From the NCBI GenBank assembly GCA_027623195.1, contig JAQBUT010000039.1, forward strand, positions 1-18,629: a stretch of 18,629 nucleotides of DNA. Reading direction: 5' to 3'. Shown here piece after piece: positions 1 to 7,823 of the stretch; position 1 is the first letter of the stretch; every line of letters begins with the position of its first letter. The position numbers and the translations under genes were made by a program. The notes under the pieces are model-generated. The model was not told where the DNA came from, ran no database searches, and saw nothing but the letters and a program-made list of their open reading frames with translations. This DNA comes from Chloroflexota bacterium (GTDB taxonomy: Bacteria; Chloroflexota; Dehalococcoidia; Lucifugimonadales; JADFKI01).

Positions 1-1
1 A

Positions 2-763
2 GGATTGACCTTATTGACGGTCGGAATCATTGGGGCATCTACCGCATCCGCCCACCCAAATCCGGATGGCGAGCAGCCTCGGCATGCCATTGTGAACACC
101 GTGGCGGAGACGTTGGAAATCGAAAAGCAGGACCTAATTGCCGAGCTTAAGTCGGGAAAAACCTTAGCGGAGGTTGCCCAGGAAAACGGCGTGGATGTAG
201 ATGAGTTCATCGGCGCCTTGGTGGCCGAGGCGGATGAGCGAATAGACGAGGCGGTGCAGAGAGGCAGGTTAACCGAGGAGGAGGCAGATGAAAAGCTTTC
301 TTCGGTGGAGGACCGAATATCCGCTCTAATCGACCAGGTTTTGCCCATGGGACGGGACTTCGGCAAGATGATGAGGCACCGCGGTGGACACGCTATCTTA
401 AACGTCGCCTCTGACGAGTTGGGTCTGGATAGGCAAGAGCTGGTCGAGGAGCTGCGAGGCGGCAATACGATTTCAGGCCTCGCTGCCGATCACGGAGTCA
501 GCATTGATGTCATCATAGACCGGATCGTTAGTGGAGCCAGCAACGGCCTTTCCAAGGCGGTGGAGAACGGTGCGATCACTCAGGAAAAGGCGGACGAGCG
601 TCTGTCCATGATCGAAGAAAGGGTCACAGAGGCTATGGATAAGGCTTGGCCCGAAGATGGCGGACGGCACAGGCGTGGTCCTGGCTTCGGTAGGGATAAC
701 AATCCTGGCATGGGTGCCCGGGACGGTAGCCATGAGTTTAGCCGCGAGGTAAACCCGGCGTAA
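2..763 (+). CDS. Secreted hypothetical protein with two ~88-aa helical repeats (5' partial)
   Basis: Frame is open from the window edge. A hydrophobic stretch ends in an ASA signal-peptidase-like site. Two internal repeats are visible (HAIVNTVAETLEIEKQDLIAELKSGKTLAEVAQENGV...AVQRGRLTEEEADEKL and HAILNVASDELGLDRQELVEELRGGNTISGLAADHGV...AVENGAITQEKADERL), with Gly/Arg/His-rich linkers. Confidence 0.85.
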   Translation, partial: GLTLLTVGIIGASTASAHPNPDGEQPRHAIVNTVAETLEIEKQDLIAELKSGKTLAEVAQENGVDVDEFIGALVAEADERIDEAVQRGRLTEEEADEKLSSVEDRISALIDQVLPMGRDFGKMMRHRGGHAILNVASDELGLDRQELVEELRGGNTISGLAADHGVSIDVIIDRIVSGASNGLSKAVENGAITQEKADERLSMIEERVTEAMDKAWPEDGGRHRRGPGFGRDNNPGMGARDGSHEFSREVNPA

Positions 764-875
764 GCATGCGCCAAGGTCGCGGAGGATTTGGCGGCGGAAG
801 TCCTGAAATGCAAGGCATCAGCGGGGGCATCGTACAGTAGCTAGCTGACCTGGCCACGGCAGCATAGGACGGTAT

Positions 876-908
876 TATTGAGGCGGAACCATCGGTTCCG
901 CCTCAATA
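876..908. terminator. Perfect 15-bp inverted repeat, likely terminator of the upstream gene
   Basis: TATTGAGGCGGAACC-atc-GGTTCCGCCTCAATA, about 110 nt after the stop at 763. There is no strong U-tract. Confidence 0.6.
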
Positions 909-991
909 TCGTTGTGGGGACGGCGACATATAGTAGAAAAATGGATGGTGAATACTTCCATAGTCGACGTTTTGTGAAGCTAAACACAATG

Positions 992-1020
992 TTGACAAAA
1001 TACAGAAGGTAGTCTATTTT
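992..1020 (+). promoter_or_regulatory. Sigma70-type promoter candidate for the cNMP-fold gene
   Basis: TTGACA (992-997), 17 nt, TATTTT (1015-1020), in AT-rich intergenic DNA. Confidence 0.55.
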
Positions 1021-1142
1021 CTTTCTTGGAAACCCCGCGTCATACTTTAACAATCTATTTCGATATCTTTTATTAATGTGGGCGGTCCAGCACTGTGTGG
1101 ACGCTTTAGTGAAGCGAAACTGGGGAAGTGTTTAGAAGATAT

Positions 1143-1195
1143 AAAAAACTATAGCCGGTCAGGCCCTATCAGCTGGGCAGTAGATCGGTTTTTTT
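1143..1195 (+). terminator. Terminator-like hairpin plus U-tract inside the 5' leader (possible attenuator)
   Basis: GCCGGTC(1154-1160)/GATCGGT(1183-1189) outer stem, GCCC/GGGC inner stem, then a T7 run (1189-1195). It ends 40 nt before the ATG at 1236. Confidence 0.4.
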
Positions 1196-1235
1196 GTTTA
1201 GTCTTAGTCACATTGGAGAGGAAACGCAAGGGTAT

Positions 1236-1748
1236 ATGATTCAGCACATTAATTTATTGACAGGGAGCGAGCTTTTTAGCGGGCTTACGGAAGATGAGCT
1301 CTGCGTGTTGATGCCGTTCTGTACGGATGCCGTTGTGGCGGAAGACGGAATGATTTTCAACGAAGGGCGCGATGCTTCTCACGTCTATGTGATTACTGAA
1401 GGCAAAATAGCCTTGCAGAAGCATATCAGGGCCCCCCACGCGAGGTACTCCAGGCGCACGACGATTACGCTCTGCCACCCTGGGGAAACCGCTGGCTGGT
1501 CAGCGCTGGTGGACCCTTTCAAATACACCCTCTCAGCAGTGGCATGGGAGCCTAGCAAATTAATCAAGATTGATGCGGTGACTCTGCGTAAGGCCCTGGA
1601 GATTTATCCGGAGATCGGGTACAAGGTGACGAAGGCGCTAGCAGCCATCATGTCTCGCAGGCTCCGATATACCATCGATGTCTTGATAAATGAGCGTGAG
1701 ACATCCTTGCTAGGTTTGAATCAGTGCGACCACACGGACGTAGCGTAG
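1236..1748 (+). CDS. Stand-alone cyclic-nucleotide-binding (Crp-like effector) domain protein, no HTH
   Basis: Motifs LFSGLTEDEL, IFNEGRDASHVYVITEGKIAL, PGETAGWSAL and a C-helix (IGYKVTKALAAIMSRRL). Start moved from TTG 1194 to in-frame ATG 1236, which follows GGAGAGG/AAGGG. Confidence 0.88.
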   Translation: MIQHINLLTGSELFSGLTEDELCVLMPFCTDAVVAEDGMIFNEGRDASHVYVITEGKIALQKHIRAPHARYSRRTTITLCHPGETAGWSALVDPFKYTLSAVAWEPSKLIKIDAVTLRKALEIYPEIGYKVTKALAAIMSRRLRYTIDVLINERETSLLGLNQCDHTDVA

Positions 1749-1796
1749 TAAGAGGCGTGCAGGCAAATTAGGCCTTAGGGATCTTCATAAGTAATA

Positions 1797-1815
1797 AAAT
1801 GGGCCTGGCCCATTT
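1797..1815. terminator. Inverted repeat between convergent genes (bidirectional terminator candidate)
   Basis: AAATGGGCC-t-GGCCCATTT between the stops at 1748 (+) and 1873 (-). Confidence 0.5.
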
Positions 1816-1872
1816 GGTATATTCGGATTTTGAATGCCAGCGCCAGTTAACCTACGATAGTTTCGAATTATA

Positions 1873-2796
1873 CTATCGCTCGTCTACGCAGATCGCATAG
1901 ACACGCAGACGCCAGTTGTAGTCTGGCCCCACAGCTCGCACTCGCCAGGCAGTGCCGTCCTGTAAAGGAAAGTTTTGCATTACAACGGCTTCTTTTTCGC
2001 TGATACTGAAGCCGCCGCTAACCACAACTCTATCCACCGGGCACACTGCGTCAATTGTCCTGTCCACGCTATCGGAGTCTTCGACCCCCGCCACGTAAGT
2101 CCACCCGCCAAGGCCTCCTGGCTCGCCTTTTTCGCCTACGTCGCCTGTATCTCCTTTGGACCCTTTGTCTCCCTTGAGGCCCTTTTCACCTGTGGCGCCG
2201 GTGTCTCCTTTGGGTCCTCCAGGCGTGCCGGGGAGCCCCTGAATGCCTTGTGGGCCCCTAGAACCTTGTGGTCCTGTGGCACCCAAGAGGCCCGATAATC
2301 CCTGTTCTCCCCGGGGCCCTTGCACTCCAGGTATACCCTGCAGGCCCTGTTCCCCGGTGGGGCCCTGTTCCCCAGTTGGCCCTTTATCTCCAGGCAATCC
2401 CTGTTGGCCTCGCAGACCTATCGGGCCCTGCTCGCCGGCTATGCCCTGTGGCCCGCTGGGTCCGGGTGGTCCCAAAGGTCCTTGCGGGCCTGGAGGGCCT
2501 AACGGACCACGATTTTCGCCCGGTGGGCCTTGCGGTCCGGAAAGACCTGTTGGGCCGGCTGGTCCAGCAGGACCTGACGGGCCTTGGGGACCAGGAAGGC
2601 CCTGGACGCCGTCACTTTCTTCTTCGCTGGTCGGAGTTGCATCGCTGTCAGGATCGCCTTCTTGATTGTCCTCCGGCGAATCTGCGCCATCTCCGTCCGA
2701 ATCCTCTTGTGCCGAAACCGTCTCGTCATCGCCGCCAAAAAAGCAGGCGGTAGTAACCAGGCCCATAAGCAATATAAGAAGGACTAGATTTCGCAT
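1873..2796 (-). CDS. Collagen-like lipoprotein
   Basis: Signal peptide with lipobox TTA-C18, then an acidic disordered linker, about 55 Gly-X-Y triplets, and a ~75-aa C-terminal domain with two Cys (AVCP...VSGGF...W...VYAIC). Confidence 0.9.
   Translation of the reverse strand: MRNLVLLILLMGLVTTACFFGGDDETVSAQEDSDGDGADSPEDNQEGDPDSDATPTSEEESDGVQGLPGPQGPSGPAGPAGPTGLSGPQGPPGENRGPLGPPGPQGPLGPPGPSGPQGIAGEQGPIGLRGQQGLPGDKGPTGEQGPTGEQGLQGIPGVQGPRGEQGLSGLLGATGPQGSRGPQGIQGLPGTPGGPKGDTGATGEKGLKGDKGSKGDTGDVGEKGEPGGLGGWTYVAGVEDSDSVDRTIDAVCPVDRVVVSGGFSISEKEAVVMQNFPLQDGTAWRVRAVGPDYNWRLRVYAICVDER
2101..2610 (-). repeat. Gly-X-Y collagen repeat tract
   Basis: Blocks of 11, 32 and 13 triplets separated by single-residue interruptions (R and G). 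Confidence 0.9.
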
Positions 2797-3046
2797 TGTA
2801 TGACTCGTGTCGCCCCGATGATTTTGATATAGCTATTAAGATAAACAGGTGGTGGTGTCCGCATAACGGGCTGCGCCAATAGCGCCGCTGTCGGCACGTT
2901 GACCGGATGGGTTGCCGTTGCTAAACTCGCGGCGTTGGGCTGAATGGATAAGTAGTAAATAGTAGGGTGTGTACGGACTGTGAAGTTGCCTACCGAATAA
3001 CGCCGTTGGGCAAGGGCCGCAGTAGGCCAAGGGGAGGTGAACGTCA

Positions 3047-3289
3047 ATGTCGAAGGTAGTGCTGCTTGCGGGTGCTGTGAGGGTTGAGGTGGAGGAGTTA
3101 ATAAAGAACTTCGATAATCATGGTTGTGGCTTTGGCTACGATGTTCAGGCGCAAGGATTGCTTAGACGATTACTTGAGGCTATCGATACGGGGCAGGAAA
3201 TCATCGATAGTGAATCAGGGAGAACGTCGGCGATGCCCGAATCGCAAGCCTGCATTAAGTCGCAAACCCTACCGAACATAGCCGACTGA
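3047..3289 (+). CDS. Small hypothetical protein (80 aa)
   Basis: Strong RBS GGGGAGGTG at 3031-3039 before the ATG. Sits in an otherwise empty gap and has an amphipathic helical pattern. Confidence 0.65.
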   Translation: MSKVVLLAGAVRVEVEELIKNFDNHGCGFGYDVQAQGLLRRLLEAIDTGQEIIDSESGRTSAMPESQACIKSQTLPNIAD

Positions 3290-3348
3290 CGTGTCACGGA
3301 ACTAGCCCATTCCCGTCTTTGCCTTTGTGCTGGCCACGGATACTCTAC

Positions 3349-3564
3349 CTATAAAGAGATTATGCCGCTGGGCACTGTGTAAACGTAGAAGCAATGCCCC
3401 TCGGGGCAAACCACCTCTTTGCCTCGATTGCCTTCGTACTCCTCGGTATCCAGTTCAATATGCGGTATCTCCGATATGATCACCATTGCATTGTCGTCAT
3501 CCACGGTAATGGCTGTAGGCTCCTTGCCGATTGGGCAGGAGATAATCTGAAAACCAATTCCCAT
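3349..3564 (-). CDS. Small hypothetical protein, possible Zn-ribbon (71 aa)
   Basis: Starts 5 nt after the lysS stop on the same strand. Contains CPIGK and CPEGHC motifs. Confidence 0.65.
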   Translation of the reverse strand: MGIGFQIISCPIGKEPTAITVDDDNAMVIISEIPHIELDTEEYEGNRGKEVVCPEGHCFYVYTVPSGIISL

Positions 3565-3569
3565 ATTTT

Positions 3570-5051
3570 TTATGACCTCATCTGGGGGAATAATACCACT
3601 TCTCGAATGGTCTTGTGTCCCGATAAAAGCATCGCAAGTCTGTCTATCCCTATGCCGAGACCGCCGGTGGGCGGCATGCCATGCTCTATTGCAATCAGGA
3701 AGTCTTCGTCCAGTCGGTCAGTCTCTTCTCCGGCGAACTGCGAGCGAAGTTCCTCTTGCTGCTGAAACCGCCCCCTCTGATCGATGGGGTCGTTCAACTC
3801 TGAGAAGGCGTTGCAGAGTTCCATGCCAGCTACAAAGCCCTCGAAACGCTCTACGAGCCTGGGATTATCGCTCTTGGTCTTGGCAAGCGGTGACATCTCC
3901 ACCGGGTAGTCAACAAGGAAACAGGGCTGAGTTAGATTATGCTCGACCTTTGATGAGATAAGTTTGTCCATCAGGCCGGGCCAGCTCATCTGCTTGCCTA
4001 CGTCTATTCCAATATCTGCCATCGCAGACTTCATAGACTCGATGTCCGGATGATCCAGGAAGTCGATACCGCTGTGCTTCTTGATCTCGTCCAGCAGGCT
4101 CAGCCGAGGCCAGGGAGGTGTGAAGTCCAGTCGTTGACCATCGAACTCTGCCACGGAACTGCCCAGGACCTCCTGAGCTACAGCGTGGACCATCTCCTCC
4201 ACCATAGTCATGACGTCATTGTAGTCGGCGAAAGCCTCGTAGCTCTCCATGGTGGTGAATTCTGGATTATGCGTCAGGTCGACGCCCTCGTTACGGAATA
4301 TCTTGCCAATCTCGTAGACCTTCTCCATGCCGCCAACGATGAGCCTTTTCAGGTTAAGCTCCGTGGCTATGCGTAGGTACAGGTCGCGGCTAAGCTGGTT
4401 ATGGTGCGTTACGAACGGATGCGCCATACCCCCGGCAGCAACTGGCACAAGAATGGGCGTCTCGACCTCCAGGAAGCCTTTGGAGCCCATGAATTTACGG
4501 ATGCCGGTTACGATGTTGCTGCGCATAATCGCTACGCGACGTGCCTCAGGATTGGATATGAGGTCGAGATAGCGCTGCCGGTACCGGATCTCCATGTCCG
4601 TCAGGCCATGCCACTTCTCAGGCAACGGGCGGATTGCCTTGCAGAGAATTGTGAACTCCTGGGCGTCGACTGTTATCTCACCAGTGCGCGTACGAAACAC
4701 AGGCCCGCGCACGCCCAACCAGTCTCCAATGTCGATTTCTTGTAGAATTTCGTAGGTGTCGGCAAGGGTGTTGCGCCGCAAAAGTACCTGCAGACGACCT
4801 TCGCCGTCTAACAGGTCTCCGAAAGAGGCGCGCCCCATGCCACGGAATGCGACAAGTCGCCCAGCGACGGTAACCTCCTCGGTACGGGCATCCTCCGAGT
4901 TTGCGGCCTCCGCAGCCTCAAATAGAGATATGGCTTGTTGTGTGGTGTGGGACCTGTGGTAACTGTTGGGGTAAGGCTGGATGCCCTTTTCCCGTAGCCT
5001 TTCGAGCTTTTCGAGTCGCACTCGCATAAGCTCGTTTTCCGGCTGTGTCAT
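3570..5051 (-). CDS. lysS: Lysine--tRNA ligase (class II)
   Basis: YRQRYLDL, FLEVETP, YLRIATELNLKRL, FRNEG, HNPEFTTME, ELCNAFSELNDP and GMPPTGGLGIGIDRL motifs, with an N-terminal OB-fold. Lies downstream of greA. Confidence 0.99.
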   Translation of the reverse strand: MTQPENELMRVRLEKLERLREKGIQPYPNSYHRSHTTQQAISLFEAAEAANSEDARTEEVTVAGRLVAFRGMGRASFGDLLDGEGRLQVLLRRNTLADTYEILQEIDIGDWLGVRGPVFRTRTGEITVDAQEFTILCKAIRPLPEKWHGLTDMEIRYRQRYLDLISNPEARRVAIMRSNIVTGIRKFMGSKGFLEVETPILVPVAAGGMAHPFVTHHNQLSRDLYLRIATELNLKRLIVGGMEKVYEIGKIFRNEGVDLTHNPEFTTMESYEAFADYNDVMTMVEEMVHAVAQEVLGSSVAEFDGQRLDFTPPWPRLSLLDEIKKHSGIDFLDHPDIESMKSAMADIGIDVGKQMSWPGLMDKLISSKVEHNLTQPCFLVDYPVEMSPLAKTKSDNPRLVERFEGFVAGMELCNAFSELNDPIDQRGRFQQQEELRSQFAGEETDRLDEDFLIAIEHGMPPTGGLGIGIDRLAMLLSGHKTIREVVLFPQMRS

Positions 5052-5081
5052 TCGGTTGTTTCCTCCTACGGCGATTAAGCT

Positions 5082-5549
5082 CTACTTCATCTTCGTAATC
5101 TTGAGCTTGATCACCTTGGAAGGGGTTTCAACCAGCACTACGTCTCCGACTTTATGGCCCATCAGCGCCAGACCAACAGGCGATTCGTTTGAGATCTTGC
5201 CCTCAAGAGGTGAGGCCTCTGTGCTGCCAACAACGAAGTAGTTTTCTTTCATGTGCTGTTCCGTTTCCACGGTGACTGTAGAACCAACCTCAACGGCCTT
5301 GGACTTCTTATCGTGAGAAGCTACAACGGCGTTGGCCAATATGTTCTCAATGTCCAGAATTCGCCCTTCAACGAAGGCCTGCTCTGTCTTGGACTCTTCG
5401 TACTCGGCGTTGTCCGTGGTCCCGCCGGACTCACTGGCCTTGTGGATTCGGGCGGCGACCTCCGGCCTTCGAACGCCACGGAGGTGCTTCATCTCAGCCT
5501 GGAGCTGTTTCAATCCTTCTGCGGTCAGATAGGTCGCCTTCTGTACCAT
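5082..5549 (-). CDS. greA: Transcription elongation factor GreA (non-canonical acidic tip)
   Basis: YLTAEGLKQL, RRPEVAARI, NAEY, EQAFVEGRI and ISNESPVGLALMGHKVGD motifs, plus greA-lysS gene order. Confidence 0.96.
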   Translation of the reverse strand: MVQKATYLTAEGLKQLQAEMKHLRGVRRPEVAARIHKASESGGTTDNAEYEESKTEQAFVEGRILDIENILANAVVASHDKKSKAVEVGSTVTVETEQHMKENYFVVGSTEASPLEGKISNESPVGLALMGHKVGDVVLVETPSKVIKLKITKMK

Positions 5550-5561
5550 GGCAAAGCTCCC

Positions 5562-5611
5562 AAAAGCAAAAGAGCCAAGAGGCCATCACACGGCAGCTAC
5601 TCTCTCAGCCC
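5562..5611 (-). terminator. Terminator-like hairpin in the greA 5' leader
   Basis: On the - strand GGGCUGAGAG pairs with CUCUUGGCUC (10 bp including G-U), with an inner GCCGU/AUGGC stem. It is followed by UUUUGCUUUU and then the GGGAG RBS. Confidence 0.55.
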
Positions 5612-5619
5612 ACAACATC

Positions 5620-5648
5620 ATTGTAGCTTCGCCCTTTGGATTTGTAAA
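5620..5648 (-). promoter_or_regulatory. Sigma70-type promoter of greA-lysS
   Basis: TTTACA (5648-5643), 17 nt, TACAAT (5625-5620). Confidence 0.7.
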
Positions 5649-5702
5649 TCAGCTAATTAGGTTGCTAAGACAAAATAGAGAAGTGTAAAAAACGGCTAAA
5701 AT

Positions 5703-5720
5703 GGGTGGCGCGCGCCACCC
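5703..5720 (-). terminator. GC-rich palindrome, likely terminator of the 5762-6220 gene
   Basis: Perfect palindrome GGGTGGCGCGCGCCACCC followed on the - strand by ATTTT...TTTTTT. Confidence 0.55.
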
Positions 5721-5761
5721 GCGGCAGCTACGTTCACTGCACTATTGCGCTCGTCGTGACG

Positions 5762-6220
5762 TCACTGCTGGGGCGGTCGTTTTTGAAAGGCTGGGTGTAT
5801 CTGGGGGCGGACAGCAGGGGGTCGGGACATCGGAGACATCGATATCCTGGGTGGTGCCGGCTGCTCTGGAGTCGGCCCCGGCGTATAATTTTCACTCAGG
5901 TTTTGTCTATCCGGAGGAAGGCCGTGACGGTGGATCAGCGTGGTTAGGGCTGCGTGATGGAACTTGGCGACATAGTGACGCTTTTGGCATATAGATACGT
6001 CCACAACGGCGGTCCCATTGACCTCGGATGCCTCAAACATGATCCAGCATTTGTGCTCCTCGCCGCCGAACAAATCCCAGGCCCGAATCTTGAACTTGGA
6101 CTGCACCGTGCTGGGTATTTCGGCGACCTTCCACGGTTGCCCTCGAGGGTTCTTGAACTCTGCGGCGATGTCGCCAATAGACTTGTACAGGCTGGTTAAA
6201 TTCGCGTAAAGCAGTGGCAT
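5762..6220 (-). CDS. Hypothetical protein with Pro-rich C-terminal tail (152 aa)
   Basis: GGAGG RBS before the ATG. About 100 aa look globular, followed by a Pro-rich tail. There is a downstream terminator and an upstream TTAACA-18-CATAAT promoter candidate (6395-6366). Confidence 0.75.
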   Translation of the reverse strand: MPLLYANLTSLYKSIGDIAAEFKNPRGQPWKVAEIPSTVQSKFKIRAWDLFGGEEHKCWIMFEASEVNGTAVVDVSICQKRHYVAKFHHAALTTLIHRHGLPPDRQNLSENYTPGPTPEQPAPPRISMSPMSRPPAVRPQIHPAFQKRPPQQ

Positions 6221-6751
6221 TTGGCACCTCCAGGCACCGTGTTCCTTCTTCTTAACTGCCTAACAAACGTACGATTGGGAACGCATAGCGTTCGTTGAGG
6301 CCGACTAGTCCAATGTCTGCCGTCGCCCTACTCCGTGCCCATGTAGGTAAACCTTTATCGCGATTATTATGCTCCATTCATTACATATGTGTTAAACATG
6401 CTAGATGAGAGAGGATAATGCTCTATCTCGCTGGATGTGTCTCAGGGGTGTGGTTTTTGGTCTGCCCTCTAGCTCTGGGATGATTCGACTCTTTTTCCAA
6501 TCACGCTATGAGAATCGCGTATGTAATTTGAGTGTCTGAACTCGGTTGGCACTGTTTTTTACAAAGATAAGACTTGTACAATTCTTGAAAAGAAGTCGAA
6601 ATTTCGCTTTAAGGCCAAATTTAGCCGTGATAGCATTCAGGAAGCGTTGGGTTATACTCCGCTAACGTAGATCGAGTCGCCAGCTCAGCAAGGTCAATAT
6701 AGGCTGCAAAAGCAAGGGCGATTCAACCGTAGGGGAGAAAAAAACCAGGCT

Positions 6752-7315
6752 ATGACATTAAGGATTACCGGAGGAGAGTACCGGGGCCGCCTGTTAAGAG
6801 TGCCGAAGAGCGCAGACCTGAGACCCACATCCGACAGGGTGAGGGGGGCGATATTTTCGATACTCGGCCTGGAAGCGTTAGAGGATGTCAAAGTTTTGGA
6901 CCTTTACGCGGGTACCGGGGCGTTGGGTATAGAAGCTCTCAGCCGAGGCGCAAACTGGGTGGATTTTGTGGAGGCCAACAGTAAGAGGGCGCAGCAGTTG
7001 CGCGCCAACTTGCGAATATTAGAGCCGTCCAGGCATGCCAAGGTCTACACGGGCAAAGTCGAATCGGTGGTGGATGGGTTGGAAGGGGGCTATGGCCTGG
7101 TATTTGCCGACCCGCCCTATGCGCAGGGCAACCTGGCGGAATTGCTGGAGTTGCTTTGCAAAAAAGGTACACTATGTGACGAGAGTGTCGTGGTGATAGA
7201 GCATCGTCACGATACCGTACTCGCTGAGGTGCATAAAAGGCTGGAGCTCGTAACCCGACGGCGCTACGGCGATACCTCAGTCTCAATCTACCGGGCTGGA
7301 GCTATGGATGACTAA
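6752..7315 (+). CDS. rsmD: 16S rRNA m2G966 methyltransferase
   Basis: LRITGGEYRGR, LRPTSDRVR, VLDLYAGTGALGIEALSRGA and DPPY motifs. Overlaps coaD. Confidence 0.96.
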   Translation: MTLRITGGEYRGRLLRVPKSADLRPTSDRVRGAIFSILGLEALEDVKVLDLYAGTGALGIEALSRGANWVDFVEANSKRAQQLRANLRILEPSRHAKVYTGKVESVVDGLEGGYGLVFADPPYAQGNLAELLELLCKKGTLCDESVVVIEHRHDTVLAEVHKRLELVTRRRYGDTSVSIYRAGAMDD

Positions 7316-7781
7316 GGGTCTTTATCCTGGCAGCTTCGATCCTGTTCACAACGGACACGTGGACATAGCGGAGAGGGCTTCGAAGCTATTTGATGAGTTG
7401 ATCATCGGCGTATATGACACTCCGCCAAAGAATCTTATGTTTACGACCGAGGAACGCGTAGAGCTATTTGAGAGATCGGTGGCGCATCTACCCAATGTTC
7501 GGGTACAGACCTTCGTGGGTCTGGCGCCAAATGTGGCTAAGGAGTTGGGCGCGGATTTCATAGTGAGAGGGCTGCGGGCCGGGTTCGATTTCGAGATGGA
7601 ATTCGAGATGGCGCTCATGTGGCGCAACCTTGTTCCCGATATCGACGTGGTATGCATGATGAGCTCGCTTACTTACCAGTTCGTTTACTCCAGCCGCATC
7701 AAGGAGGTGGCGAAGTTGGGCGCTAATATCGACAACCTTGTGCCCGCTCACGTAGCCGCTGCTCTAAAGGTAAAACTGTAA
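7308..7781 (+). CDS. coaD: Phosphopantetheine adenylyltransferase
   Basis: YPGSFDPVHNGH, IVRGLR, DFE.E and SS.IKEVA motifs. 8-nt overlap with rsmD. Confidence 0.97.
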   Translation: MTKGLYPGSFDPVHNGHVDIAERASKLFDELIIGVYDTPPKNLMFTTEERVELFERSVAHLPNVRVQTFVGLAPNVAKELGADFIVRGLRAGFDFEMEFEMALMWRNLVPDIDVVCMMSSLTYQFVYSSRIKEVAKLGANIDNLVPAHVAAALKVKL

Positions 7782-7823
7782 TCAATTACTAGGCGAAGAA
7801 TATCCAGTATTGGGGGAAGCTGT

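Noticed and set aside
1975..2787. Plus-strand Pro/Gly/Cys-rich ORFs (for example 2243-2665 and 2268-2753)
   Set aside because: They are antisense shadows of the collagen Gly-X-Y codons.
6221..6342. Possible rpmB (L28) near rsmD
   Set aside because: The only basic, Cys-containing reading has an early TAG and lacks L28 motifs.
6444..6499. tRNA/tmRNA-like fragment (GGGG...GATTCGACTC...CCA)
   Set aside because: It is too short, with no acceptor stem or cloverleaf pairing.
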